Positions 18,596 to 28,006 of a stretch of DNA of 64,000 nucleotides are shown here, piece after piece. Under the pieces are notes generated by a model. That model was given only the letters and a program-made list of their open reading frames with translations. It ran no database searches and had not been told where the DNA came from. The first letter of the stretch is position 1. Each line of letters opens with the position of its first letter. The DNA comes from a virus. The translations under genes and the position numbers were made by a program. The stretch is taken from positions 1 through 64,000 of IMG/VR virus record IMGVR_UViG_3300045902_000666. One strand, given 5' to 3'.

Positions 18596-18693
18596 TTAAC
18601 TCAAAGAACTTTCTAAAATTATGTTGCAAACATAATAACTTGCAAAATAAAAGTCAAGTTTTTTTTAAAAAAAATTGAAAAAAAATTTTTTGC

Positions 18694-18767
18694 CCGCCCC
18701 AGTAGGCCTCGAACCCACGACCCTCGGACCTAGGAGACCGATGCTCTACCAACTGAGCTATGGGGGG
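18694..18767 (-). tRNA. tRNA-like gene with enlarged anticodon loop (Arg-CCT?)
   Basis: Normal D and T arms; loop CTCCTAGG. Confidence 0.6.
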
Positions 18768-18772
18768 AATTG

Positions 18773-19324
18773 TCCCAGAAACTTAGAATCGAACTCCCTT
18801 TGGCGCTAGTCCATAGCCGTAACGTTAAAAAACAGCAATAAACCATTTGGTTTAACCCAAAAAGCTTTCGACAATTTGTTTTGACACAAATCTTGCTGCC
18901 GCACCAAAGTCACCCCAAGCGGTGTGTTAGCAGCAACCTAAGACAACGACTTCGTATCTTTACCCCATTCATCATTTGACTTTGGTAGTGCTTCAAATTC
19001 TTCTTTAGTATATAATTTATACCCATCAGATTGCAATACCTTAAACCTTTCCCCAGCGTATCTCATAGCATTGTTATAAAATGCCATTGCTGCTTTAGGG
19101 TTTTTTTCTGTCGGTTTGCATATATCTGACAATGTATCAATGTTATCTAACAATGACCATAATTGTTCGGCAATTTCTCTCATAGATAGGCTGCTGCTAA
19201 CAGGGGTTTTGCGAATATTGCCTTGATTAAACTTTTGCGGTTCTTTTGACATTTGTATTTCAATTTAACTGTTGTGCAATGTTTTAACAGGGGCAACATC
19301 GCAAAGCCCCGAAACGTTCTGGGA
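18773..19324 (-). mobile_element. attC-like gene cassette remnant
   Basis: GTTAGCAGCA and TGCTGCTAAC bracket the ORF; long imperfect inverted repeat 19200-19316; outer TCCCAGAA inverted repeat. Confidence 0.55.
18938..19252 (-). CDS. cassette-borne hypothetical protein
   Basis: 104 aa; starts inside the attC-like repeat and stops at the inverse core. Confidence 0.6.
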   Translation of the reverse strand: MSKEPQKFNQGNIRKTPVSSSLSMREIAEQLWSLLDNIDTLSDICKPTEKNPKAAMAFYNNAMRYAGERFKVLQSDGYKLYTKEEFEALPKSNDEWGKDTKSLS

Positions 19325-19336
19325 AGTTTCTCCCAC

Positions 19337-19437
19337 TCCAGAGATATTTGGCCTGTGTAGGGTCTAGGTAGCGAATTCCCATTTTGCCTACCTTAGGGCC
19401 TTTATATCGAAGTAACAAAAAGTTCCTTGCTACTGGA
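19337..19437 (-). ncRNA. member of the Y-RNA-like family
   Basis: TCCAGTAGCAAG..GTTACTTCG..ATATCTCTGGA paired ends. Confidence 0.5.
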
Positions 19438-19632
19438 ATAAGAGAAGTATCTTAAATCGTAGTTACTTACAGGGGAGTTTCCATACAAACTCACTTTAGA
19501 TTTTCATCTACCTAAAAATTAGGGCCTACCAAAACCACCGTAGGCGACATCGTGCTTTCACTACTTTATTTCTTTCAAAGAACAAAAACTATACGGCAAA
19601 GATAAAAAAAAGTTCCAAAAAAACAAATTTTT

Positions 19633-20403
19633 TTATTCATCATCGTCATCATCCTGAATATCAGGGACTTTATTTTTTTCTAAGTCCTCTAATTTTTTTA
19701 CAGCATGAGAATAAACCTGAACTCTATCATTATCTTCAAAGCGAATATCCAATAAATTTTCACCTTCTCTTTTTATTACAAAAGCTTTCTGACCAAAATG
19801 TTTTTGCAATTCCGTCTTTTCCCGGTTACTCAATAAATTTTGGTCCAATTGAACCCAATCTCCTCTTTGAATAATTCTATTCTCAAATGCTCTTTGTTGT
19901 TGATAATGTCTTCTGTAATAATTCAAAAAATACTCCAACATTATATGTTTTCTTTCTGGAGTCAATTCTTTAAGAGGATGTTCACTTTTAATTTCTTCTC
20001 TACCCCATTTTGGACCTGATAACATTACTGTTGAACAAGTACTTTTTACAGGCCTCACATAATGCCAGCCATCTATATGGGTCATATCATAATACATCCC
20101 ATTTGAAACAAGTATTGTGCACATTTTTTCAGGTTCTTCAAGACCTTGGCCGAATCCAAGACCCATTTCATAAGTCCCTTCCAAAACATGCATTGCGCTT
20201 GGCCAGGGATGTGGGTGAAATAAAGCGTCTTCTGGCTTACATTCATGGATAAAGTGTAGAGAAATCCTGTAATTACCAAGTTGAGTCCAACATCTTTCTA
20301 CTAAAGGTGGGTGATAATCAACAAATAGTGTTTTCCAAATATCTGGTTTTGATAATAATTCAAGCATCAGCCTGTCTTCTATCTGCTTTAATTTTTCAAT
20401 CAT
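19633..20403 (-). CDS. cupin-like protein
   Basis: LHFIH..FHPHPW..Y.M..WHYV pattern. Confidence 0.55.
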   Translation of the reverse strand: MIEKLKQIEDRLMLELLSKPDIWKTLFVDYHPPLVERCWTQLGNYRISLHFIHECKPEDALFHPHPWPSAMHVLEGTYEMGLGFGQGLEEPEKMCTILVSNGMYYDMTHIDGWHYVRPVKSTCSTVMLSGPKWGREEIKSEHPLKELTPERKHIMLEYFLNYYRRHYQQQRAFENRIIQRGDWVQLDQNLLSNREKTELQKHFGQKAFVIKREGENLLDIRFEDNDRVQVYSHAVKKLEDLEKNKVPDIQDDDDDE

Positions 20404-20494
20404 TTTGCAAATTTACACTTAATTATACGGCAAATATAAGCAAAAAGTTCAGAACTTTAATAGGATTTTTACGTATAATAGATTATGAAAGTGT

Positions 20495-20791
20495 ATGCTA
20501 ATTAAGGCTTTTCACATATCACCAAAGAAGAACCGAGCTTCTATTTTAAACAAAGGTATTCTGCCTAATCAGAAAACCGATGGTAGAATACAATACGGTC
20601 CAAGAATTTTTATTTCAACCAATAAAAACGACTTGGCATTTGATTATGTGAATTACGAAAATGTAGATTGTTGGGAGTTTGAAGTAGATTCTAATCTTAT
20701 AAAAAAAGATGAATTCTCTGGGTCAACCGACCATTTCTATATTGAGAATAAAATCAATCCAGATAGTATAAAATTACTGGAAAGTTATTGA
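20495..20791 (+). CDS. small ADP-ribosyltransferase/Tpt1-like fold protein
   Basis: FHISP..SILNKGILP..IFIS; own divergent promoter at 20452-20479. Confidence 0.5.
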   Translation: MLIKAFHISPKKNRASILNKGILPNQKTDGRIQYGPRIFISTNKNDLAFDYVNYENVDCWEFEVDSNLIKKDEFSGSTDHFYIENKINPDSIKLLESY

Positions 20792-21297
20792 CGTACTTTT
20801 CTTTGCCTTAAAGCGTCCATACTCTTTATAATAGCGTCTACTCTTAATTTAGACGCATCTTGTGGTACATAGCTCTTAGCAAAATAGATGGTTTTAATGA
20901 TATTATCCCTTACAATAGCATAAACTATATTCCCATTACTTTGAGTTTTTTCATCAACAAAAACAAGAGTTTTACCTTGAGCATTTTTCTTGAGCTCCTC
21001 TGAATAGAAATTGACTGCGTGTTTATCAATCATATTATGAGCTATTTGGATTCCGAAAGACCTGTTTTTAGGGAAATTGTAATTTTCAACTAATTGGGCG
21101 TTTTCTAAAATTTGAGCTCTTACAGATGCAGGTAATTGATATGAACCAACTATTTCATATTGGCCTATTGAACCGGGTATTTCATATCCAACTTCTAAAA
21201 CAGAAGCATTAATAAATCTATCATACAACCTTTCTGTATAATGGTCATCTTTTACAGCTTCATTTAAGATATTTCTAATCATTCTCCTTAAGCCCAT
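20785..21297 (-). CDS. putative virion-internal protein
   Basis: N-terminus LRRMIRNILNEA. Confidence 0.65.
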   Translation of the reverse strand: MGLRRMIRNILNEAVKDDHYTERLYDRFINASVLEVGYEIPGSIGQYEIVGSYQLPASVRAQILENAQLVENYNFPKNRSFGIQIAHNMIDKHAVNFYSEELKKNAQGKTLVFVDEKTQSNGNIVYAIVRDNIIKTIYFAKSYVPQDASKLRVDAIIKSMDALRQRKVRQ

Positions 21298-21366
21298 TTT
21301 TTTTTATTTATAAATAGTTTATATTTTCATGTTTTTAAGCCTATTTATAATCAAAAATTATTTTAT

Positions 21367-23769
21367 ATGAGCCCAGAAGAAAAAGAACTCAGAAATCACA
21401 TCAGAAAAATGCTTGAGCAAAATAAAAAAGCACTTAAAGAAAATTTTGATGATGAGGATGAAGATAATTTAGGTATTTTTTCAGATTATGATGAAGATGA
21501 AGCTTTTGGTGGCGAGGCTATGAAAGCTGCTATGGCTGATATTAAATCTTCAGAAGGTGAATTTGAACCTCTTGGAAAGAGTAAATTTGAAAAGAATTTA
21601 GATATAGACCAACTTAAACAAGATTTGTCTATTGCTAAATTAAATTTGCCATCTGAAAAAGAAAAACTTAAGCCTATAAAAAAACAGTTAGATGTAAGAT
21701 ATAATCAAGAAAAGAGATTTGGCAAAGGTTCTATGAATGAAAGTCACAAAATTGATGTATCTGACCCTTTAATTGATAAATTAAAAGAAAATGGTTTTAA
21801 TCCAGAATTAATGCCTTGGGGTAGTGTTGAGATTGATATTGATACACCTCATGGTAAAGAAACTATTTCATATCATAAAATACAAGTTAAAACTCCTACA
21901 TACTTAATAAACAACAAGGGTGAAGAAAGTATGTACACAGCAAATTTATTATGGGATTCTCCATTTGAAGGTGGTGGTATAGAAAAAGAACCAAATGTAT
22001 TTTTTGGAACTTTGGAAGATGCTATTAAATTTGCTTTAGATAGAAAAAATGAAGCTCAAAAAGAAATGGATGCGCTTCCAAAATTATCTACTACATTTAA
22101 ACCAGAAGAACCAGAAGTTGGTCCAAAGATTGTTGGAAAAATTGATTTAACTGGAATGGATACAAAAAGATTTGAAGAAGGTGCTGAAGAAACAAATATA
22201 ATTCCAGAAAAAATATTAAACTACATGTATTTCTCATTTGGTTCTCATTTTGGTGACCCAGATGAAATTGAAATTAATGCTGGAGATAAATATGGTGTTG
22301 GTAAACAAATGATAAAAAATATTGGTACTCCTTCTTATAATTCAGAAGACAAAACAATGGATATTCCAATTGAGTTTACTTACAATGAAATGAATGATAG
22401 GTCTACTATTTATAAAGTTCCTTATTTCGTTTGGAAAAAAATAAAAGATGGGACTTGGAAAGGTAAGCCTCAAGGTAGGTTTACGCAAAGTATTGATTTA
22501 AATGAAGGTAATGTAAATCCAGATACAAAAATTAATAGACCGAAAGATGCTGAAGGACAACCAATAACTTTAAAAGCCAGAGTTGAACATTTGAAAAGTG
22601 GAATCGCAGGGAGAGTTGAGAGATTCGTAATTGGTGATGATGGAAAAATAAATGTAAAGGTTGATTGGATTGGGGATTCTCTTATGTCAATGAAACTTAA
22701 ATCAGTTGTTCCTACTACTGATATTGTAGTAAGAGATTCAACTAGAGTTGTTAGAGAAGAAGAGGGAGAGGCATATCCTGAACAAAGCAGATATATGTTC
22801 TTTGGAAATTTACAGCAAATAAAAAGACAAGCTGAAATCATGTTAAATATGAATGAAGATGAAATAAACAACATCTTAGAAAATGGACATGATTGGGCTC
22901 AGGACCATGTTGCTACTGCTAAAGAAAGTATGGACCAAGTTTTTGATTTTTTAATGAATGAATTAAAAGATGAAAAAAAGGAAGAGGAATTAGACGAAGA
23001 TTCATTAGCATTCAGACATAAAGCTGGCCAAAGAGAAAAAGCAAGAAAAGATATTCCGTTGGGAAAACATGCTCCACATTCTCAAGCTGCATTAAATGAA
23101 AATTTTGATTATAGTAAAGAGGAATTATCTCACCACTACAACCAAGAAGCTGAAAATAACCCTCAATGGTTCGTAGATGATAATGGAGAAATTCAAGTAG
23201 ATACTCCAGATTCAATTTCTAAAACTTATACTTACACAATTAATCTAGATGAAAGAGGAGAGTTTAATGCTGATGTAAGAAATGAAGAAGGAAATACTGT
23301 TTTTGAAATAGATGGTTACGATATTTTTGAAGATGGATTCATGAAACACAAACATGACCATGAAGGTTTAAAGAAACATCTTATAAATTTAGGTATAATA
23401 AATCCTGATGATAAATTAGAATGTACAGAAACAGGTGAAATAGCAGAGAAAGAAAACAAGGAACCAGAAATTGAAAGTGTTATTTTTGAAAAATTAAACA
23501 GTGAAAAAACAGATTATACTTATATGCACCCAAGTAGTTTTACAAGAAATCAGATAAACGAAACTCATAAAAAACTTTTAAATCTTGTAAAAGAAAACTA
23601 CATGAGCTTTGATGTTGATGGTGGTAAAAACTATTATTGGTTAACAGAAAAAGGTAAAAAATTAGATTTAGAAAACTTTAAAAAAATAATGAAAGAAGGT
23701 AAAAAATCTAATGAATATAAAGATGCTGGTTTTTTGAGAAGCAAGGACATTGAGGACAACTTTTCTTAA
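21367..23769 (+). CDS. acidic multi-segment putative virion-internal protein
   Basis: 800 aa; LRNHIRKMLE start and repeated hydrophobic-x-E junctions. Confidence 0.75.
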   Translation: MSPEEKELRNHIRKMLEQNKKALKENFDDEDEDNLGIFSDYDEDEAFGGEAMKAAMADIKSSEGEFEPLGKSKFEKNLDIDQLKQDLSIAKLNLPSEKEKLKPIKKQLDVRYNQEKRFGKGSMNESHKIDVSDPLIDKLKENGFNPELMPWGSVEIDIDTPHGKETISYHKIQVKTPTYLINNKGEESMYTANLLWDSPFEGGGIEKEPNVFFGTLEDAIKFALDRKNEAQKEMDALPKLSTTFKPEEPEVGPKIVGKIDLTGMDTKRFEEGAEETNIIPEKILNYMYFSFGSHFGDPDEIEINAGDKYGVGKQMIKNIGTPSYNSEDKTMDIPIEFTYNEMNDRSTIYKVPYFVWKKIKDGTWKGKPQGRFTQSIDLNEGNVNPDTKINRPKDAEGQPITLKARVEHLKSGIAGRVERFVIGDDGKINVKVDWIGDSLMSMKLKSVVPTTDIVVRDSTRVVREEEGEAYPEQSRYMFFGNLQQIKRQAEIMLNMNEDEINNILENGHDWAQDHVATAKESMDQVFDFLMNELKDEKKEEELDEDSLAFRHKAGQREKARKDIPLGKHAPHSQAALNENFDYSKEELSHHYNQEAENNPQWFVDDNGEIQVDTPDSISKTYTYTINLDERGEFNADVRNEEGNTVFEIDGYDIFEDGFMKHKHDHEGLKKHLINLGIINPDDKLECTETGEIAEKENKEPEIESVIFEKLNSEKTDYTYMHPSSFTRNQINETHKKLLNLVKENYMSFDVDGGKNYYWLTEKGKKLDLENFKKIMKEGKKSNEYKDAGFLRSKDIEDNFS

Positions 23770-23779
23770 ACCAAAAGAT

Positions 23780-23854
23780 ACGGTTTTAGGACCGTTATAG
23801 TTTCGGCTATATAGAAACCCTCTCAGTGTCGCTACCGGGAGGGTTTCACTTTTT
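23780..23854 (+). terminator. three-hairpin element ending in a terminator
   Basis: ACGGT/ACCGT, TATAG/CTATA, GAAACCCTC/GAGGGTTTC then T tract. Confidence 0.55.
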
Positions 23855-23885
23855 TATAATATTTATAAAATAAAAAACAAATAAA

Positions 23886-24035
23886 ATGGCAGCACAAAAA
23901 ACTAAATCAGCTCCTACTTCAGTTCATAGATTGAAACCACGCAAAAAAAGACCAGGTATTCATTCTAAGAAAAAATCATCAAGAAATAAAAATTCCAAAA
24001 ACTACAAAAAACCATATATAGCCCAAGGAAGATAA
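23886..24035 (+). CDS. 49-aa basic protein not in the ORF track
   Basis: MAAQKTKSAP...KKPYIAQGR, preceded by TATTTATA. Confidence 0.6.
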   Translation: MAAQKTKSAPTSVHRLKPRKKRPGIHSKKKSSRNKNSKNYKKPYIAQGR

Positions 24036-24201
24036 AAAAATAAATTATAAATCAGAACGAATCAAAAGGCTTGTGGGCCAACATTCACGCTAAAAGAGAA
24101 AGAGGTGAATCTCCAGCTAAACCGGGTGATAAAGAATATCCCAAAATCCAGATGCTTTTAATGACTATGAAGAAGATGAAGATGAGCTTGATGATGAAGA
24201 A

Positions 24202-24546
24202 ATGGATGAGGCTTGTAATTACTTAAAAAAATCCAACAAGTTCAATTCAAAAGATGGAAAGTTTGAAATGTATGAAGTAGATGAATCTAATTATGCGAAT
24301 TTAAATGAAGCAGAATACCAAGGAAGAAAAGTACGTCTTGGTAAAATTATGAGAGGGGATGTAAAGAAATTTAAAGTATTCGTAAAAAAACCTAACGGGA
24401 AAATTGTTAAGGTTAATTTCGGAGACCCTAATATGAGGATTAAGAAAAGTAATCCAAAAAGAAGAAAATCTTTCAGAGCAAGACATCGTTGTGATAATCC
24501 AGGACCAAGATGGAAAGCCAGATATTGGGCTTGTAGAACTTGGTAA
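24202..24546 (+). CDS. basic phage protein, likely the 3' part of a frameshifted gene
   Basis: LNEAEYQG..KVNFGD..RKSFRARHRC..ARYWACRTW. Confidence 0.65.
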   Translation: MDEACNYLKKSNKFNSKDGKFEMYEVDESNYANLNEAEYQGRKVRLGKIMRGDVKKFKVFVKKPNGKIVKVNFGDPNMRIKKSNPKRRKSFRARHRCDNPGPRWKARYWACRTW

Positions 24547-24582
24547 AAATATAAAGGCTCCATTTGGAGCCTTTTTTTATTG

Positions 24583-24666
24583 TAGCACTGGTCGGACTCG
24601 AACCGACAATACCGTGAGGAACCTGCTTATGAGGCAAGCACAATTACCACATCTGTTCACAGTGCT
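24583..24666 (-). tRNA. tRNA with CAT anticodon (Met) and long variable arm
   Basis: CTCATAA loop; AGCACTG/CAGTGCT acceptor. Confidence 0.75.
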
Positions 24667-24824
24667 ATGCAAGAACAGTTATTTATTCTTTCTGGTACTT
24701 ATTGAATGAATCAATAACCAAACTAAAAGAACAACTGGAATGGCTATACCTATTAAAACTTCTACATCCATAATTTATAAATCTACAAAAATTATTCCAC
24801 TATTAAAATTTACACTCCTTTTTG

Positions 24825-24897
24825 AGCGGAAGACGGGGCTCGAACCCGCCACCCTTAGCTTGGAAGGCTAATGCTCTACCAAATGAGCTACTTCCGC
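24825..24897 (-). tRNA. tRNA-Gly(TCC)
   Basis: Canonical, U73. Confidence 0.92.
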
Positions 24898-24925
24898 ATA
24901 AAGCAGAGATTTCTCTCTGCTATTT

Positions 24926-25270
24926 TTATTTTTTATCAGGGTATTTAGCATCCATTTCATCAATTACACTAAATGGAGACCCTCCGACACCTGAATAACG
25001 TATATCTTCAAATCCGTTTTCTTTTGTAATTAGAGAATCTCTTTCGTCAATAGCACCTCTATGCTTATCAAATCCTTTTTTATTCTCTATTTTACCTGTA
25101 GATGGATTATAACTTCCCCAATCTGCAGCCCTATCAGGACCTATTGGTTCAACGTAATACGTTTTCCCAGTTCTAATAGAATACACAATGAATCTACCTG
25201 TGTCATCACGACTTTCAAGAAACCTTTTCCTGAAGTCTCTAGTTTTTGTTACCCCTTTTTTCATAACCAT
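24926..25270 (-). CDS. hypothetical protein
   Basis: 114-aa ORF. Confidence 0.65.
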   Translation of the reverse strand: MVMKKGVTKTRDFRKRFLESRDDTGRFIVYSIRTGKTYYVEPIGPDRAADWGSYNPSTGKIENKKGFDKHRGAIDERDSLITKENGFEDIRYSGVGGSPFSVIDEMDAKYPDKK

Positions 25271-25294
25271 TTATTTATTTTGTTTTTCACCTCT

Positions 25295-25528
25295 TTAATA
25301 GCTGGGTGAATTTTGCTTTATTATTTTTAATATCTCTCTTCCATCTACAACTTCACATTTAGATTGTATTTCTTTCAATCTTTTTTTTGGTATATCATAA
25401 TGCTCTTTCCCTTTTTTATTATAGAACCAACATCTTTTTATACCTAAATCTTCTGCCATTTTATGTAAGTTCTCTATATTATAAGGAACACACACTAAAT
25501 GACGCTCATTGTCACAATAGTACTTCAT
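25295..25528 (-). CDS. DUF4031-like protein
   Basis: HL..LHKMAEDLGIKRCWF..HYDI. Confidence 0.65.
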   Translation of the reverse strand: MKYYCDNERHLVCVPYNIENLHKMAEDLGIKRCWFYNKKGKEHYDIPKKRLKEIQSKCEVVDGREILKIIKQNSPSY

Positions 25529-25533
25529 ATTTG

Positions 25534-25610
25534 AGTAAGTGATGGGGCTAGAACCCACGACCTTCTTAATGGCAATCAGATGCTCTAAGCCAAAACTGAG
25601 CTACACTTAC
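25534..25610 (-). tRNA. tRNA-Gly(GCC), somewhat degenerate
   Basis: TTGCCAT loop; T-loop TTCTAGC. Confidence 0.65.
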
Positions 25611-25663
25611 ATGAAGTGGATTGGGGTATTCATTCCCTTTTAGCCCACCCGCAGGGCATTTTG

Positions 25664-25738
25664 AGCAGAAGACGGGACTCAAACCCGCCTCTATTTCATC
25701 TTGGCAACGTTATGTACCACCAATTATGCGTTAACTGC
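25664..25738 (-). pseudogene. degenerate tRNA-Gly(GCC) overlapping the HNH stop codon
   Basis: T arm retained; acceptor and anticodon stems mismatched. Confidence 0.55.
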
Positions 25739-26230
25739 ATTTCTTTTTTCTCGTCTTTTTTGTCTACCATTCCCTTTATTAGCACCTCCCCATGTTTTAG
25801 TTAGAGAATGACAATTGGGGCATAAAAGTTTAAGATTTTTTATATCATTATTTTCTGAATTTCCATCTACATGTTCTATTTGAATTGGTATTTTTCCTGT
25901 AAATTTATTTACCTTATCCCATCCGCACTCCATGCATTTTTCCCCAAACTTAAAAATAAGATACCGTTTAAAAGTCTCTTCATGATAATTCAAGCATCCA
26001 GATTCTATTTTATAAAAAGTTTCCTTTTTTCTAAATTCACCTTGACATTTGTTACTACAATATTTACTGCTATTGCGTTTTAACTGTCCTCCACACTCAA
26101 TACATTCTCCATATTTTTTCTTTTCACGCTTAACATTATTGTATTTTGCTGCACAAGATGAATTACAAAATTTCTTTCCATATTGAATTTCTTCATTGCA
26201 ATTTTTACATTTTTTCGAATTATCAACCAT
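25724..26230 (-). CDS. HNH homing endonuclease
   Basis: IEHVDGN..N..NLKLLCPNCH. Confidence 0.9.
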   Translation of the reverse strand: MVDNSKKCKNCNEEIQYGKKFCNSSCAAKYNNVKREKKKYGECIECGGQLKRNSSKYCSNKCQGEFRKKETFYKIESGCLNYHEETFKRYLIFKFGEKCMECGWDKVNKFTGKIPIQIEHVDGNSENNDIKNLKLLCPNCHSLTKTWGGANKGNGRQKRREKRNAVNA

Positions 26231-26279
26231 TTTTTATTTTATAAATAGGTTGAAATTTCGAAATTCAAAGAACTAAATG

Positions 26280-26351
26280 AGCGGAGAAGGAGAATCGAAC
26301 TCCCGTTCAAACCTTGGCAAGGTCTTGTAATAGCCACTATACGACCTCCGC
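26280..26351 (-). tRNA. tRNA-Gly(GCC)
   Basis: Canonical, U73. Confidence 0.9.
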
Positions 26352-26356
26352 ATAAT

Positions 26357-26488
26357 AAAACAGGGTTAGGTGAGTAGTGTGTTTTTTGGTGATTTATCCG
26401 GGAGTTTAACCCAGACCTTTTTCTGGAAATGAAAATGCTCTTCACAGAGCTTATAAATCGAAGTAACACTATTTCTTGCCACTGTTTT
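26357..26488 (-). ncRNA. member of the Y-RNA-like family with degenerate T arm
   Basis: AAAACAGTGGCAAG..GTTACTTCG..AACCCTGTTTT. Confidence 0.55.
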
Positions 26489-26492
26489 TTTT

Positions 26493-26568
26493 AGCACTAG
26501 GTGAGATTCGAACTCACGGCAATTCCTGCTTGGAAGGCAGGCGCAATCGACCACTATGCGACTAATGC
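26493..26568 (-). tRNA. tRNA-Gly(TCC)
   Basis: CTTCCAA loop. Confidence 0.85.
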
Positions 26569-26574
26569 AAATAG

Positions 26575-26745
26575 AATGTAGGGATTTTTTTCGAAATGTA
26601 TTTTTTCTAAGCTGGGTTTAACCACTCCCCTACCTCCCCATTTGTAAATTTATAAATTGCGGGGAGGGCTGGATTCGAACCAACGTAGAGCCTAAGCTCG
26701 GCTGCTTTACATGCACGAAGTAACAATTCAAATTGCCACTACATT
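26575..26745 (-). ncRNA. Y-RNA-like RNA with permuted tRNA-Tyr-like domain
   Basis: Paired ends AATGTAG/CTACATT; GTA loop, variable arm, T arm, CCTCCCC-loop-GGGGAGG, then D arm. Confidence 0.65.
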
Positions 26746-26776
26746 ACTCAATACTTTCAAAGAACAACTTCTTCAG

Positions 26777-26870
26777 TGGAGACGAAGGGTATCAAACCCC
26801 TGGAGGACACAACCTTAGTTCCCTCACTGGTTTTCAAGACCAGCCACTTTAACCTAACTCGTGCATCTCC
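26777..26870 (-). tRNA. tRNA-Ser(TGA), degenerate T loop
   Basis: CTTGAAA loop, long variable arm. Confidence 0.65.
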
Positions 26871-26899
26871 AAATGCAGTTTATAGTTCTTCAACTTTTG

Positions 26900-26973
26900 T
26901 GGGAGTGGTCAGACTCAGGCGTAAGCCACTGGTTTTACAGACCAGCCCAACTCTCCAGCGTTGGCGCACTCCC
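26900..26973 (-). pseudogene. tRNA-Tyr(GTA) with deleted T arm
   Basis: 5' part nearly identical to 29655-29736; GTTCGA missing. Confidence 0.65.
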
Positions 26974-27063
26974 TTGATATGCGTTCACAACCAACTGCGC
27001 CACATACCGTTAAAGATTGTTTTTTATTTCATACTACGTTGGGACAATCACACCAACCTTGTC

Positions 27064-27142
27064 TGGAGAAGGGGATTCAAACCCCCAATGTCATAGACCA
27101 CAGATTTACAGTCTGCTAAGCAACTAATTGCTCAATACTCCC
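27064..27142 (-). tRNA. tRNA-Tyr(GTA), degenerate
   Basis: CTGTAAA loop; weak acceptor stem. Confidence 0.55.
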
Positions 27143-27196
27143 AATTTTACGAACTTTCTTTAGTTTTCAGTTTGCGGGTTCGTAATCCCATTTCTG

Positions 27197-27952
27197 CTAT
27201 TCATTATATTTTAATTTCCAGTTTTTAATTTTCTTTTTTAATTCATCAATTGTAATATCACTTCTTTTATATTTGCTCGAATTCTGCCTCTGCAGTATCA
27301 ATTTACAATTTGCTGGATGTGATATTAACTCTGGGTCTATATTGTTATCAAAACCATCTCTTATTGAATAAATATGGTCCCGACTTACTCCATCCAAATT
27401 ATTTCCCCTATTCACAGGTTTATACCAACCAAATTCCTCAATTAACTTAAAATTAAACTCATCTTCGTAATCTGATAAATTGAAAGAAAAAAGACAATCT
27501 CTTTTATATGCTTGAAATTCAGACATATTTTTTCTTTTAAATCCCCTTCTACAATCATCAGAACAAAATATTTTTCTACTCTTTTTTAAAAAATAAACAC
27601 CACAATTTTTACATTTTACATAAGTATCTTTTACAAGTTTTTCTCTTCTTTTTTTATTAGCCTCATTTTTAACCACATCAGACAATATTCTTGTTTTATT
27701 TGTGCTTTTAGCTTGACAGGAAGAATTACAAAACTTATTATTTCTTTTTTTATATGGTATTTCTTTACCACAATGTTTACAATAACGAGGGTTTTTCTGA
27801 TAATTATCTTTTTTAGATAATGCCTCCCCGTTTTTACTATAATCCCTGAGATATTTATTTACATAAATATTTCTACATGTCAAAGAACAATAGGTTCTGT
27901 TTTTTTCTACCAAAATATTACATTCAATATTTTTACATTTTTTATCACACAT
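27197..27952 (-). CDS. Zn-finger plus HNH-like homing endonuclease
   Basis: Three CxxC..FCxxxC units; SRDH..HPANC..N. Confidence 0.8.
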   Translation of the reverse strand: MCDKKCKNIECNILVEKNRTYCSLTCRNIYVNKYLRDYSKNGEALSKKDNYQKNPRYCKHCGKEIPYKKRNNKFCNSSCQAKSTNKTRILSDVVKNEANKKRREKLVKDTYVKCKNCGVYFLKKSRKIFCSDDCRRGFKRKNMSEFQAYKRDCLFSFNLSDYEDEFNFKLIEEFGWYKPVNRGNNLDGVSRDHIYSIRDGFDNNIDPELISHPANCKLILQRQNSSKYKRSDITIDELKKKIKNWKLKYNE

Positions 27953-28006
27953 ATTTTTATTTAAAAATATGTGGAAAATTTAAAAATCGAACTTAACGCA
28001 ATTTAG

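Noticed and set aside
18694-18767. Second amber suppressor (CTA lies within the loop)
   Set aside because: The loop is 8 nt and CCT follows the conserved U33; identity is ambiguous.
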